64,000 bases of DNA from Clostridiales bacterium (GTDB lineage: Bacteria > Bacillota > Clostridia > Christensenellales > DTU072): contig JAAZLE010000014.1 of assembly GCA_012799455.1 (NCBI GenBank), forward strand, positions 42,324 through 106,323, written 5' to 3'. This document shows positions 20,064 through 30,525 of this stretch, in pieces. A program made the position numbers and the translations under genes. Numbering within the stretch: the first letter of the stretch is position 1; the number at the start of each line of letters is the position of its first letter. The notes under the pieces are model-generated. The model was not told the origin of the DNA. It ran no database searches and was given only the letters and a program-made list of their open reading frames with translations.

Positions 20064-21851
20064 TTATCTTTTTCCATAAATTGGACCATATTGGTTACAC
20101 GCCCTAAAATCTGCACCTTCTAAATCTTTAGTGCCAAAGCCACTCCAAGCATGTGGACGATATATGTCTTTATCTTCTACATTGTGCATTGATACTGGTA
20201 TTCTTAACATGCTAGCTAGTGTTATTAAATCCTTTCCTAAATGTCCATATGTCCAAGCACCGTGATTAGCTCCCCAGTTCGCCATAACATCATACACCGA
20301 CTTAAATGCATTATCATTTTCATTTATTCTGGGTGCAAACCATGTACATGGCCAGGTAGGGTCAGTTCTTTCCCAGAGTTGTAATGTTACTTCTTTTGGT
20401 ATATTCACTGTCCAACCCTCTGCAATTTGTAAGGTAGGCATATTACCTATCATGTTAATCCTTATCATTGTAACTGGCATTTCTACATCAGTACTAAACT
20501 TACTGGAGAATCCACCACCTCTAAAATATCCTTTATTGGAGGGTGCCCATAAAGTATTGGTTAGCATTTCCTTTTGATCCTTTCCGGTTACATCCCACCA
20601 GCTCTTCATAACAGGATTACCTAAACTGTCTTTAGCACAGCCATTTCCATCAAGCGCGGAAGCTCCACTATTGATTAAATGCATAAAGCCATTTTTTGCC
20701 TTACCTGTGGGTTTATATCCACTAACTCTTTCTAAGGCAGCGGGAGACCAATACGTACGCACGTCACTAAATACAGCAGCTCTGCCAGTAATTAATTTCA
20801 TGAGAAGCATACTCATTCCATTCAATACATCATTTTCTGTAGCTAATATAAATGGCTCTCTGTTTCCATTCCAATCAAATGTTGTATTAAGTATCGATTC
20901 TGAAAAATCTGCATTTGGCATAAAGTCAGTCCATTGACGCTGTCCTTGAAAACCACCTGCTATCGCATTTCTACCCAATGCCTCTTCATGCCAGCCAATA
21001 TCATTAAGATTGTCATTTCCTAACATTATATCTCTAATAATTAAGGTCATTTTTACAGTAAATTCAAATTTTTTCTGTTGTTCTTCCTTGGTATCAGCGA
21101 CTTCTAATGTTGACTCCCATTCCTTTAAGTTTCTATCTCTATCTATCTTGCAATATTTCTTTGCCCAAGACAGTGCTTTTTCAAACTCATCCTTGTCATA
21201 GATATCCTTTTCAACCCTTCTTATTATTTCTATCATATCTACCCACTCAGCCCTAATGCCGAAGTAGTCTTGCATAAATTGTGGATCTAAAAAGCTACCG
21301 CCAATTCCCATACATACGCTACCAAGCGCAACATATGCTTTATTTCGCATTTGACCTACTGCTAAAGCACACCTACTAAATCTTAAAATCTTTTCCTTTA
21401 CATCTTCTGGGATTTTATAGTCATTAGCTTCTTGGACATCTTTACCATATATCGCAAATGCTGGTAAATTTCTTTGATTATGTGCTGCCATGACTGCTGC
21501 TAAATATACTGCACCTGGTCTTTCTGTTGCATTTAATCCCCAAACTGCCTTAATTGTTAAAGGATTTAAATCCATTGTTTCGCTTCCATAGCACCAGCAA
21601 GGTGTTACAGAAAGGGTAGCAACTACATTTTGAGTTGCAAAAAAATCTTCACAAACTGCAGCCTCTTTTCCACCACCAATTGTGCATGGTGAAATAACTA
21701 CCTCTGCAGGAGTTCCATCTGCATATCGAATATTTTCCTCTATTAGTTTTTTAGCATTTTTAGCCATTTTCATGGTCTGCTCTTCTAGCGCTTCTCTAAC
21801 GCCTCCCCAACGTCCATCAATAATTGGTCTAATTCCTATTCTTGCTTTCAT
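20064..21851 (-). CDS. fucI: L-fucose isomerase
   Basis: MKARIGIRPIIDGRWGGVREALEEQTMKMAK...TPCWCYGSETMD closely parallels enterobacterial FucI. The start ATG at 21851 is preceded by GAAGGAGG. Confidence 0.95.
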   Translation of the reverse strand: MKARIGIRPIIDGRWGGVREALEEQTMKMAKNAKKLIEENIRYADGTPAEVVISPCTIGGGKEAAVCEDFFATQNVVATLSVTPCWCYGSETMDLNPLTIKAVWGLNATERPGAVYLAAVMAAHNQRNLPAFAIYGKDVQEANDYKIPEDVKEKILRFSRCALAVGQMRNKAYVALGSVCMGIGGSFLDPQFMQDYFGIRAEWVDMIEIIRRVEKDIYDKDEFEKALSWAKKYCKIDRDRNLKEWESTLEVADTKEEQQKKFEFTVKMTLIIRDIMLGNDNLNDIGWHEEALGRNAIAGGFQGQRQWTDFMPNADFSESILNTTFDWNGNREPFILATENDVLNGMSMLLMKLITGRAAVFSDVRTYWSPAALERVSGYKPTGKAKNGFMHLINSGASALDGNGCAKDSLGNPVMKSWWDVTGKDQKEMLTNTLWAPSNKGYFRGGGFSSKFSTDVEMPVTMIRINMIGNMPTLQIAEGWTVNIPKEVTLQLWERTDPTWPCTWFAPRINENDNAFKSVYDVMANWGANHGAWTYGHLGKDLITLASMLRIPVSMHNVEDKDIYRPHAWSGFGTKDLEGADFRACNQYGPIYGKR

Positions 21852-21889
21852 TTTTACCTCCTTCTCTATATGCAATCTTATCTTTTTTA

Positions 21890-22387
21890 TTATTTATTTG
21901 CTAAATCAAAATCTTTCTTTGATAAATGACAATATCCAAATGGATTTTTACTTAAGTATTTTTGGTGATATTCTTCTGCTTTGTAATAGTTATCAAGCTT
22001 TAAGACCTCTACTGCTATCTTGTGACTACTTTTAGACTTAGCTTCATCAATGAAGTTCTTTATATCCTCGTAGTCCGAATCTTCAACATAATACACGCCT
22101 GTTCTATATTGAACTCCAACATCTGCTCCTTGCCGATTAATTGAATATGGGTTAATTACTAAGAAAAACTTTTGGAGTAAGCTTTTCAAAGAAACTTTAG
22201 AACTATCATATATAACTTTCACAGCCTCAGCATGCCCTGTGTTTTCTCTACACACTTGTTCGTATGTAGGATTTAAAGTATTTCCGTTAGCATATCCAAC
22301 TTCTGTTGAGATAACACCATCAACGAGTCCAAAAAACTTTTCTACACCCCAAAAACATCCACCAGCAAAATATATTTCTTTTACCAT
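21890..22387 (-). CDS. msrA: peptide-methionine (S)-S-oxide reductase
   Basis: FAGGCFWGVEKFF active-site motif; 165 aa. Confidence 0.95.
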   Translation of the reverse strand: MVKEIYFAGGCFWGVEKFFGLVDGVISTEVGYANGNTLNPTYEQVCRENTGHAEAVKVIYDSSKVSLKSLLQKFFLVINPYSINRQGADVGVQYRTGVYYVEDSDYEDIKNFIDEAKSKSSHKIAVEVLKLDNYYKAEEYHQKYLSKNPFGYCHLSKKDFDLANK

Positions 22388-22555
22388 TTTTATCCTTTAT
22401 GACACGATATATTAAATGTTTTACTGTACCACTACTATCATCAAAGCACTATAAATCAAATACCTTATAATGCTACTATTATCTTTTAAACCCCGTATTA
22501 CCTATATTCTATTGTACTACTATTACTGTTCTATATCTATGAATTAAAGGTTAGT

Positions 22556-24607
22556 TTAATCTTCACATTCAATTTCAAATTTGAAATAAGCATTATCACT
22601 GTACCATAATGGAAAATTAGTTCCCCAAATATTATTGTGCAAGATAAAAGATATGCCATCTATTTCAATATCTTCATAAACATTATCGAACTTCATTATT
22701 TTACCTTTGCCAAGTGAAAATAAGGGACAATGTTTGCTAGTAATCTTAAATCTAACATCTTTATTCTCACCCTTTAAGTGCATTATTGCAGAGCAATTTC
22801 TATTTCCACTTTCTACAACATCATAAGGATCAATGTACGAACCTAATTTGTTTAGTTTAAGGTTTTCTTTTTTTACAACAGGGTGCAACCTAAGTAAAGT
22901 TTCTTCTTGTATCCTATTTGCATCTTTACCTGTCCATATCAGTTCTATATTCAACGTGTTACCTTGACTGGTTATTTTATATGTAATTTCTCTTGGAGCT
23001 CCTAACTCCTCGCTCGCCTCGTGTTTTGTAGCCATAGATACATAAATTGTACTATTATGTATCTTTATGCTTTTTGCCTCATATTTATATCTTCCCGTTG
23101 GAAATTTACCGTCCCATCTAGAAATCGCCGGCCTTCCAAAGTCCGCATGAGCCCAATATACATCTTTAATATCTTTTCGATTATATGTTTTGAAAAACTC
23201 CTTAACATCACTAACGCTATGAGATATATATTCTACTACCGACTCATTTACACCTGAATTTAAAACTTCCTTACCATCAAACAATAGACTTAGTCCACCA
23301 AAACTATTTACCGAAACCTCAAACCTTCCAAGACTTACTCTTTGCATAGGCTTTATATCCAAAGAACCTTTAGGGCTATAAAATCCTTTTTCGGGTCTTA
23401 ATGTACTAAGAATCGCCTTTGCTTCTTTTTTTCTTCCATCACTTAAAGACTCTACTGCCAAGTCTATAAATCCCCTTCTTTCTTCCCATGACTTTTCAAT
23501 CCGTGAGTAACTAAGTACACTTGGATCAGGAACTTCATTTTTTAGTATTTCTTTAACAATGCCTCCATTCATGTCAAGAACTTCTTCATCATTTTCAACC
23601 CTGTCTATCTTTCTTGCTTTTTCAAAATCTTTTTTAAGATAGTTAGAATAATCGGAAAACATCCTTTTTATGTCACCACCGTTTGTGTGCTCAGCAAGCA
23701 TTAATACTGCATTACTAAAACGCTCATATTCTTCACTATCTTCTTTTAAAGATTTGTCTTGTAGCCACTTTCTCTTTAACTCCATAAGTTCTCTTTGAGC
23801 TGCAGCTTTATAAGGGTCTGTTGTACTTCCATGAATCCATGAATCACCAATTTCTGACGTAACAACTGGAAGTAAGTGTCTAATTTCAAATAAATCATTT
23901 GCAAACTCATCAAGCCCTGTAGCAAAAACATCAGCGAACGGATATTTTTCCGAATACTTTTTATAGTTTTCTTTTGCTTGCTCAAGATTAACAGGACCAA
24001 CATTATCAGACGTATGACAAAATACTGCAACTGAATCTAAGTTTTCATGAGTAATTTCGCCACCGTAACTAGCATCGTAAACTACAACAACCTCAGCTCC
24101 TTGATACCGCCACAAAAATATTCTTGGAATATTAGGAATTGCCGAAGCCTCGTTTACTCCTATATGCAACATCTTTATACCATATTCTTGTAAAAGTGGG
24201 ACCATAGAGATTGTATGTCCCGGAACATCTGTAAGCTTTGCTGCTACCGTCTTTTTACCCGTTAATCTATCTAGTTTTTTTATTATCGCCATACCATCAC
24301 GAAATGTTTGCTCGTCCATTAATTCGGTATGCGTTGTAAAAGGCATAGCATGACTAACTATATCGCCTCTCTTAAGAGCTTTAGTAAGATTAACAATTTG
24401 TTCGGGGCTTCCTTTTTTTAAAGCAATATCCAAAATCCAAGAGCCTGTAGTCCAGACAAATCTTTTTTTGTCTTTATTGAGTTCTTTAGCGATATCTATT
24501 GCTTTTGGTATGTACTTGTTGACATAATCCTGAACAATACTTGAAGCAAAATCTGTAAAACCTAAATCTAGATGTGTCTTTGTGATGATATATACTTTTT
24601 TCTTCAT
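22556..24607 (-). CDS. GH38-N-terminal-like (DUF5054-type) putative glycoside hydrolase
   Basis: IITKTHLDLGFTD at the N-terminus resembles the GH38-type metal-binding start; 683 aa. Assigned from memory of the family, not searched. Confidence 0.5.
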   Translation of the reverse strand: MKKKVYIITKTHLDLGFTDFASSIVQDYVNKYIPKAIDIAKELNKDKKRFVWTTGSWILDIALKKGSPEQIVNLTKALKRGDIVSHAMPFTTHTELMDEQTFRDGMAIIKKLDRLTGKKTVAAKLTDVPGHTISMVPLLQEYGIKMLHIGVNEASAIPNIPRIFLWRYQGAEVVVVYDASYGGEITHENLDSVAVFCHTSDNVGPVNLEQAKENYKKYSEKYPFADVFATGLDEFANDLFEIRHLLPVVTSEIGDSWIHGSTTDPYKAAAQRELMELKRKWLQDKSLKEDSEEYERFSNAVLMLAEHTNGGDIKRMFSDYSNYLKKDFEKARKIDRVENDEEVLDMNGGIVKEILKNEVPDPSVLSYSRIEKSWEERRGFIDLAVESLSDGRKKEAKAILSTLRPEKGFYSPKGSLDIKPMQRVSLGRFEVSVNSFGGLSLLFDGKEVLNSGVNESVVEYISHSVSDVKEFFKTYNRKDIKDVYWAHADFGRPAISRWDGKFPTGRYKYEAKSIKIHNSTIYVSMATKHEASEELGAPREITYKITSQGNTLNIELIWTGKDANRIQEETLLRLHPVVKKENLKLNKLGSYIDPYDVVESGNRNCSAIMHLKGENKDVRFKITSKHCPLFSLGKGKIMKFDNVYEDIEIDGISFILHNNIWGTNFPLWYSDNAYFKFEIECED

Positions 24608-24948
24608 AAATCCCCTTAAAAACTATGATTTAACTTCTTATATATTAATATAATAGGGGTTTTCTTTCAAGAATAAGCTAAAGCCAATAACCCTAAAAGC
24701 CTCACCGAAAGTTGCACTTACTATGACAACTGACATCATAAAATCTTAACGGGTTTAAGTTTTACAATTAACATGAGAACCAACAAAAAAACTCATATAA
24801 AAAACTATAAATATTTATTCAGAGGCTGTTTTGTGTTATATTACTAGTAGTAAGTAATGTAGTAGCGATGTATAATTACTAGCAACTGCGATATATACAG
24901 TTAATCATTAGTCAGAATATAAATCTAACCTGGCTTATTAGGATTGTT

Positions 24949-26229
24949 ATGAAAAAAATCTCTATATTTGTTCTTGTCATATCTTTAATATTTTCTATCT
25001 CGATAGGACTTACTGCATTTTTTGTAGAAGCAGATTTATTACAAGACGAAAACTTCTCAGTCGAACTTGCAAAAGACAGGCTAGACTCATATACAACCAT
25101 TTATGTTTCAAAAGGAAAAAATTTCAAAATCCTACAACTCACCGACCCACAAGTAAAGTTCCCTGTAAATGATTACGATAAATTCGGAGGCTCAAATGAG
25201 CAAACCATGATTTTGGTGGAGAGAATGATTAAGGCAGTAAAACCTGATCTTGTAGTCTTTACCGGCGATTTAGTTATGAGCCAGATTGTAGATAATTGGC
25301 AGTACCTAAAAGTTTATGCCGAACTAATGGAAAGATTAGATGTCTATTGGACAATGACATTTGGAAACCACGATGTTGAAACTTCTTATGTCTTTACAAA
25401 CACTGCACCCGACAGCATATTCGGGCAAACTGAAAAAGGTGTAATTATTGAGCGCTTACAAGAATATTCTCATTGCCTGATTTCTAAAGGAGATGCAGGA
25501 GATGGCGGAGGTACAGGCAATCATATAATCAACATAAGAGATAAAGCTTCAAATGATTTAATTTATAGTTTAGTTATGTTTGATACCGTATGGGAAAAAG
25601 ATGTAGATGAAACTTATCATCGCGCTAAAACGCCTGCACAAGTAGAATGGTATGTGGAAAATATCAATAATATTTCAGACATGCAATATGGCGAAAATAG
25701 CGATGAAGTCGTTAAATCATTTATATATGCTCACGTGGCCGTACCTCAGATTTGGGATGCATATAACGAAGCTAAAGGTGGCGAAACTGCTAATTCTAAG
25801 ATTCATTATGGGCATATACTTGAAGGTGTTATAAGAGAGGAACAAAGAGCTTGCACATTATTTGATACAGCATACTCTCTTGGTAGCACGAAGGCAATGT
25901 TTTTTGGGCACCATCATGATAATGATGCTATGGTCACATATAAAGGTATTGATTTAGTATTTGGTCAACATTCTGGACTGTCTCATTATTATAGAATAGA
26001 CAAAGACGAAGGCATCTCTTCGTCAACATATGATTTATCTGATATTTTTACATACGGAGATATGAGAGGAGGCACTTTGCTGACAATACATTGCAACGGT
26101 CTTTCATCATCATATACAATCGAACCCAAATATGCTTATAACACCATAGAATGGGACGATATAAAAATTGATTATGAAGAAACTTATAATCGTTTAAGTG
26201 AAAATGAAAATAATACCGTTACGCGATAA
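24949..26229 (+). CDS. membrane-anchored calcineurin-like metallophosphoesterase
   Basis: N-terminal TM helix, then QLTDPQ, VVFTGDLV, GNHD and GHHH motifs. Confidence 0.8.
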   Translation: MKKISIFVLVISLIFSISIGLTAFFVEADLLQDENFSVELAKDRLDSYTTIYVSKGKNFKILQLTDPQVKFPVNDYDKFGGSNEQTMILVERMIKAVKPDLVVFTGDLVMSQIVDNWQYLKVYAELMERLDVYWTMTFGNHDVETSYVFTNTAPDSIFGQTEKGVIIERLQEYSHCLISKGDAGDGGGTGNHIINIRDKASNDLIYSLVMFDTVWEKDVDETYHRAKTPAQVEWYVENINNISDMQYGENSDEVVKSFIYAHVAVPQIWDAYNEAKGGETANSKIHYGHILEGVIREEQRACTLFDTAYSLGSTKAMFFGHHHDNDAMVTYKGIDLVFGQHSGLSHYYRIDKDEGISSSTYDLSDIFTYGDMRGGTLLTIHCNGLSSSYTIEPKYAYNTIEWDDIKIDYEETYNRLSENENNTVTR

Positions 26230-26385
26230 AACAATCAATGAAACATCACATACATAAAACGCTTGTTCTTTTTAACTATGCGATTTCATTCGAAATTTTC
26301 AAAAAAATGAGATTTGTTGCAAAATAGAAGAGTTTTTGTGTATTTTACTATTGTGTTTTTAGTTTGTTTGTTGTACAATGATACT

Positions 26386-26471
26386 AATGTGGTCGTAGAA
26401 CGACCCGCAAGTTTAAGGGTATTAAGGGATGGGAGTTGTAAAGGGAACCTGCAGAGAGTAGGTTCTTTTTT
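26386..26471 (+). ncRNA. candidate orphan small RNA (about 85 nt)
   Basis: Promoter elements TTGTGT (26351-26356), 17 nt spacer, TACAAT (26374-26379). Then hairpin GGTCGT-AGAA-ACGACC and three AAGGG motifs. Then terminator GGAACCT-N9-AGGTTC plus a T6 run (26444-26471). No downstream plus-strand gene. Confidence 0.3.
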
Positions 26472-26492
26472 CTTACCATTAATCACTAATTT

Positions 26493-26523
26493 AAAAAGGC
26501 CGCTATTTTCTAGCGACCTTTTT
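26493..26523. terminator. bidirectional terminator between the metallophosphoesterase gene and purL
   Basis: AAAGGCCGCT-ATTTTCT-AGCGACCTTT, flanked by an A run and a T run. Confidence 0.65.
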
Positions 26524-26589
26524 GCTTTACATAGATTAGCCGTTCCTCTAAATCTATAATATACAAGGTTTTTACTAACTGTAACCGAC

Positions 26590-29500
26590 CTACTTGTAGT
26601 ACTTTACTCCGTTTGCTATTACATTCATTTCAAATCTTCCAACCATGTTTTGATAATTGCCTTTTTGCCATCTGTCTACATGGCTCATTATGCCAATTAC
26701 TCTTCCACAGGGAGATATCAATGAGTCTATAGCGTAAACTGATCCTGCAGGATTAAATTTGTAGTTCATAGTTGCCTTTCCACTTTCATCACAGTACTGT
26801 GTTGTTATTTGTCCATTTGCAACCAACTTATCTACTTCCTCAGCACTTACGACTAGTTTCCCATAAGCATTACTGAAAGGTAAGTTATATATATCTCCTA
26901 CCTTAAACGATGACATCCAAGGTGAGTTATTCGAAGAAACTCTAACATTTACCATAGTTGCAACGTGTCTACCTCTATTGTTTGGTACAAATGCCATATT
27001 ATCTACTGGAATTAAACCAAGTTTAACTAAAGTTTGGAAACCGTTTGCGATACCTATTGCCAAGCCATCACGCTTATACAGTAAATCTAAAATAGCTTCC
27101 TTTACCTCTTTTCTAGATAAAAGAGCAGACGAAAACTTAGATGGTCCCTCTGGCTCATTGCCTGTTATCGCCCCACCTGGTAATGCTAAAATTTGAGCTT
27201 TCTTTATCTTGTCTACCATAACCTTTATGGAGTAATCTATATCTTCTGCGCTCGCATTCAGCACAACAAATGTTTCAACATCCGCGCCTTCTGCTTCAAA
27301 AGCTTTAATCATATCATATTCTGAGTTCGTACCTGGGAATATAGGCATAAAAACCTTTGGCTTAGAAACCTTACTTGTTGCTTTCCATATCTTTGTTGAC
27401 TTAAATGATAGATCCTTAACTTCTTCCTTTATTTCCTTAATTTTCGTTGTAAACACGGTTTCTAATGTGTTTTGGAAGGCGTTATCAACTTTTTCTAAAC
27501 TAATCTTTCCATTTGGATAAGTTATTTCTCCTAAATCATTCAGTTTCCCTAAATACTCAGCTCCTGGAATCATACTTTCATTACTTACTAAAACAATGTC
27601 ACCTATTGTTGGTAAAAATAAGGATTCATCCATAAAGGAAAACTCCATTCCTGCCATATTGCCAAGTAAAGATTTAGCTATGGTAACTAAGGTACTACCT
27701 TCAACAACTGCGCTATAGAGCACCTTGCCTTCTTTTATCAGTTTTTCTACGGTTTTATATACCTTTTTTAACGATTCATAATCGGGCCTAGAAAACTCAT
27801 CTTTTTTGACACTAAACCTAAAAACATTACCTACAGTTCCAAACGCATTATGAATAATATTATCATCTGCCGCAATGCCCATTGCAAATGCGGCAAGTGT
27901 TGGAGGAACATCTATATCATCGTATGTACCGCTCATAGAATCCTTGCCACCAATAGAGCCTATCTTTAAGTTCATTTGTGCGTCAAATGCTCCAAGCAGT
28001 GCAGAAAGGGGTTGTCCCCAGCGTACGGGGTCCTTACCAAGCCTTAAGAAATACTCTTGAAATGTCATGTATATACTACTATAATCCACTCCACTAGCAA
28101 TCAACTTAGAAATTGCAGCAATAACTGAATATGTAGCTCCTACATAAGGTGAAGTTATCATTAAGTTAGGATATAACCCATATGATGAACATGTTACAGT
28201 TTTAGTGAAACCTGATACGGGAGGTTTACTTGCCATAATAGTAGCAGGCGTCGTTTGTCTTTTACCACCATAAGGTAAAATTACAGTTGAAGCTCCTATC
28301 GTCGAATCGAATGTATCGCTAATGCCCTTTCTTGAGCAGTTTTCTAAGCTACTAATTTGATTACAAAGTGCACTCTCATAATCATTAACTGCTATATCTC
28401 TTGCAACGTCTTCATCAATAGTTTGAAAATACTTGGTGTCATCTTCTTTAATAGTTACATCTTGTATTTGCCTTACCCCATTAGTATTTAAAAAGTCTCT
28501 TTCTATATCGCATATGACTTCATCTTTATAGAACATACGCATACGATTTAAATCAGTTATTTTCGCAACTACGACTGCATTTAAATTTTCATCCTTACTC
28601 TTTTTTACAAATGTTTCAACATTTTTGCTTTCTACAACTACAGCCATTCTCTCTTGAGATTCGCTAATAGCAATTTCCGTTGCGGTTAAGCCTTCATATT
28701 TTGTAGGAACTTTTTCTAGATATATGTCCACTCCGTCTGAAAGTTCACCTATTGCTACGCAAACACCACCTGCGCCAAAATCGTTAGATTTGACTATCAT
28801 TCTTGATAGTTCTGGGTCCCTAAATAACCTTTGAATCTTTCTTTCTTCTGGCGGGTTTCCTTTTGGACCGCCACTTTCTTCAGCAGCTTCAGAAGAATGC
28901 GCTCTACTACTTCCAGTTGCTCCACCTATTCCATCTCTACCAGTTTCGCCTCCTAGCAGTATAACAACATCGCCAACGCGTGGACTTCTTCTCACAACAT
29001 TTTCTTTTGGGGCGCCACCTATTACATAGCCCGCTTCCATTCTCTTAGCTCTAAATCTATCATGATATAACTCTTGTACTTGGCCGGTTGTAAGCCCTAT
29101 CTGATTACCATAACTTGTAAACCCAGCTAAAGCGGTTTTCGTTAAAAACCTTTGAGGAAGCTTGCCTTCTAAAGTTTCTTTAGCTGTCTCTAGAGGATTG
29201 CCAGACCCTGTCAGTCTCATAGATTGATAAACATATACCCTACCACTTAATGGGTCCCTAATAGCCCCACCTAAACAAGTTGACGCACCACCAAAAGGCT
29301 CTATTTCTGTGGGATGATTATGAGTTTCATTTTTAAACATAATAATCCAATCTTCTTTTTCTCCGTTATTATCTAAAGTGACATTAACAGAACATGCATT
29401 TACTTCTTCACTAATTTCCATCTTGTCCAAATAGCCTTCTTTTCTTAGTTTCTTAACAGCTATGGTTGCAACATCCATTAGGCAAGTATATTTATCTGTT

Positions 29501-30282
29501 CTACCTACATACAGCTCTTCAAAAGTCTTTTGATAAAGTTTAAAGGTTTTCTCAATATTTTTATTTGAAGAAAAGATTTTAATGTTTTTAAGTTCTGTAA
29601 AAAATGTACTATGTCTGCAGTGATCGCTCCAGTACGTATCAATTACTTTAATTTCAGTAACAGTAGGATTTCTCTTTACTGATTTAAAATAATCTTGGAC
29701 AAAAGAAAGATCTTCAAAATTCATTGCAAAGCCTTCCTCATCAAAGAACTTTTTAAGTTCAGTTTTGCTCATTTCTATAAAGCCCTCAAATTCTTCACGC
29801 ATTTTATTTTTTAACACGTGTTTTTTCTTAAGAGTTTTAGGTAGCGCGAGGCTTCCTTCTCTACTATCTACGGGATTTATTAAATACTTTTTAACTACTT
29901 CGAGCTCACTATCTGTTAGCCCGTTAAAAATATAAATTACTGCTATTTTAACAATAGGTCTATCGCCACCTAAAAGTGCTTGTATGCATTGTTCAGCGCT
30001 GTCTGCTCTTTGGTCATATTGCCCATCTAAATATTCTACAATGATAGCTGGAAGACCTTTTAAACTATCTGCATTTTTTAAAACTTTATCAGATACGGGA
30101 CTAGAAAAAACTTCTTTTTTAACTTTATCTAAATCGCTCTTTCCCACGCCCTCCACATCATATTTAAACACCCTTTTAGCATCTTTAATATTGAATCCAT
30201 ATAAACTTTTTATGTCTAATACGATTTCTCTTAATTCACTATCATACTTTTGTAATTTTTCTACTAAAATGCGTTCTACCAT
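26590..30282 (-). CDS. purL: phosphoribosylformylglycinamidine (FGAM) synthase, single-chain PurS-PurL-PurQ type, 1230 aa
   Basis: TYWSDHCRHSTF, NETHNHPTEIEPFGGA, and a C-terminal class I amidotransferase-like domain. Confidence 0.93.
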   Translation of the reverse strand: MVERILVEKLQKYDSELREIVLDIKSLYGFNIKDAKRVFKYDVEGVGKSDLDKVKKEVFSSPVSDKVLKNADSLKGLPAIIVEYLDGQYDQRADSAEQCIQALLGGDRPIVKIAVIYIFNGLTDSELEVVKKYLINPVDSREGSLALPKTLKKKHVLKNKMREEFEGFIEMSKTELKKFFDEEGFAMNFEDLSFVQDYFKSVKRNPTVTEIKVIDTYWSDHCRHSTFFTELKNIKIFSSNKNIEKTFKLYQKTFEELYVGRTDKYTCLMDVATIAVKKLRKEGYLDKMEISEEVNACSVNVTLDNNGEKEDWIIMFKNETHNHPTEIEPFGGASTCLGGAIRDPLSGRVYVYQSMRLTGSGNPLETAKETLEGKLPQRFLTKTALAGFTSYGNQIGLTTGQVQELYHDRFRAKRMEAGYVIGGAPKENVVRRSPRVGDVVILLGGETGRDGIGGATGSSRAHSSEAAEESGGPKGNPPEERKIQRLFRDPELSRMIVKSNDFGAGGVCVAIGELSDGVDIYLEKVPTKYEGLTATEIAISESQERMAVVVESKNVETFVKKSKDENLNAVVVAKITDLNRMRMFYKDEVICDIERDFLNTNGVRQIQDVTIKEDDTKYFQTIDEDVARDIAVNDYESALCNQISSLENCSRKGISDTFDSTIGASTVILPYGGKRQTTPATIMASKPPVSGFTKTVTCSSYGLYPNLMITSPYVGATYSVIAAISKLIASGVDYSSIYMTFQEYFLRLGKDPVRWGQPLSALLGAFDAQMNLKIGSIGGKDSMSGTYDDIDVPPTLAAFAMGIAADDNIIHNAFGTVGNVFRFSVKKDEFSRPDYESLKKVYKTVEKLIKEGKVLYSAVVEGSTLVTIAKSLLGNMAGMEFSFMDESLFLPTIGDIVLVSNESMIPGAEYLGKLNDLGEITYPNGKISLEKVDNAFQNTLETVFTTKIKEIKEEVKDLSFKSTKIWKATSKVSKPKVFMPIFPGTNSEYDMIKAFEAEGADVETFVVLNASAEDIDYSIKVMVDKIKKAQILALPGGAITGNEPEGPSKFSSALLSRKEVKEAILDLLYKRDGLAIGIANGFQTLVKLGLIPVDNMAFVPNNRGRHVATMVNVRVSSNNSPWMSSFKVGDIYNLPFSNAYGKLVVSAEEVDKLVANGQITTQYCDESGKATMNYKFNPAGSVYAIDSLISPCGRVIGIMSHVDRWQKGNYQNMVGRFEMNVIANGVKYYK

Positions 30283-30449
30283 TTTTTCTCTCCCAAAAAA
30301 CTTAAAACTTTAAAAATCAACTATCCTAAAAGTTATTCTTTTATGAAAACAACTCTTTCTTTTCCTTGTAATATAATATATTACATATACCCTCTTTTAG
30401 TCAATTTTATTTGCAAATCCTATCATCCGGGACCAAATATTTTCACTAT

Positions 30450-30484
30450 AAACAAAAGGCACTCGTTACTGAACGGGTGCCTTT
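30450..30484 (-). terminator. intrinsic terminator of the surface-protein gene
   Basis: Minus strand: AAAGGCACCCGTTCAGTAACGAGTGCCTTTTGTT. Confidence 0.7.
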
Positions 30485-30525
30485 GATATTTTTATTTTGA
30501 GGTAACATTGAACATATCATTTTTA

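Noticed and set aside
26314-26559. 81-aa plus-strand ORF (and 26286-26486 on the minus strand)
   Set aside because: It crosses two terminator hairpins and has no RBS. The region is better explained as an sRNA candidate plus a bidirectional terminator.
30283-30449. Purine riboswitch or PurBox in the purL 5' region
   Set aside because: There is no sequence resembling the conserved purine aptamer junction and loops (UAUAAUCGCG...CCGUAAAUGUCCGACUA). Only a plausible promoter (TTGACT ... TATATT-like) and an unstructured AT-rich UTR are seen.
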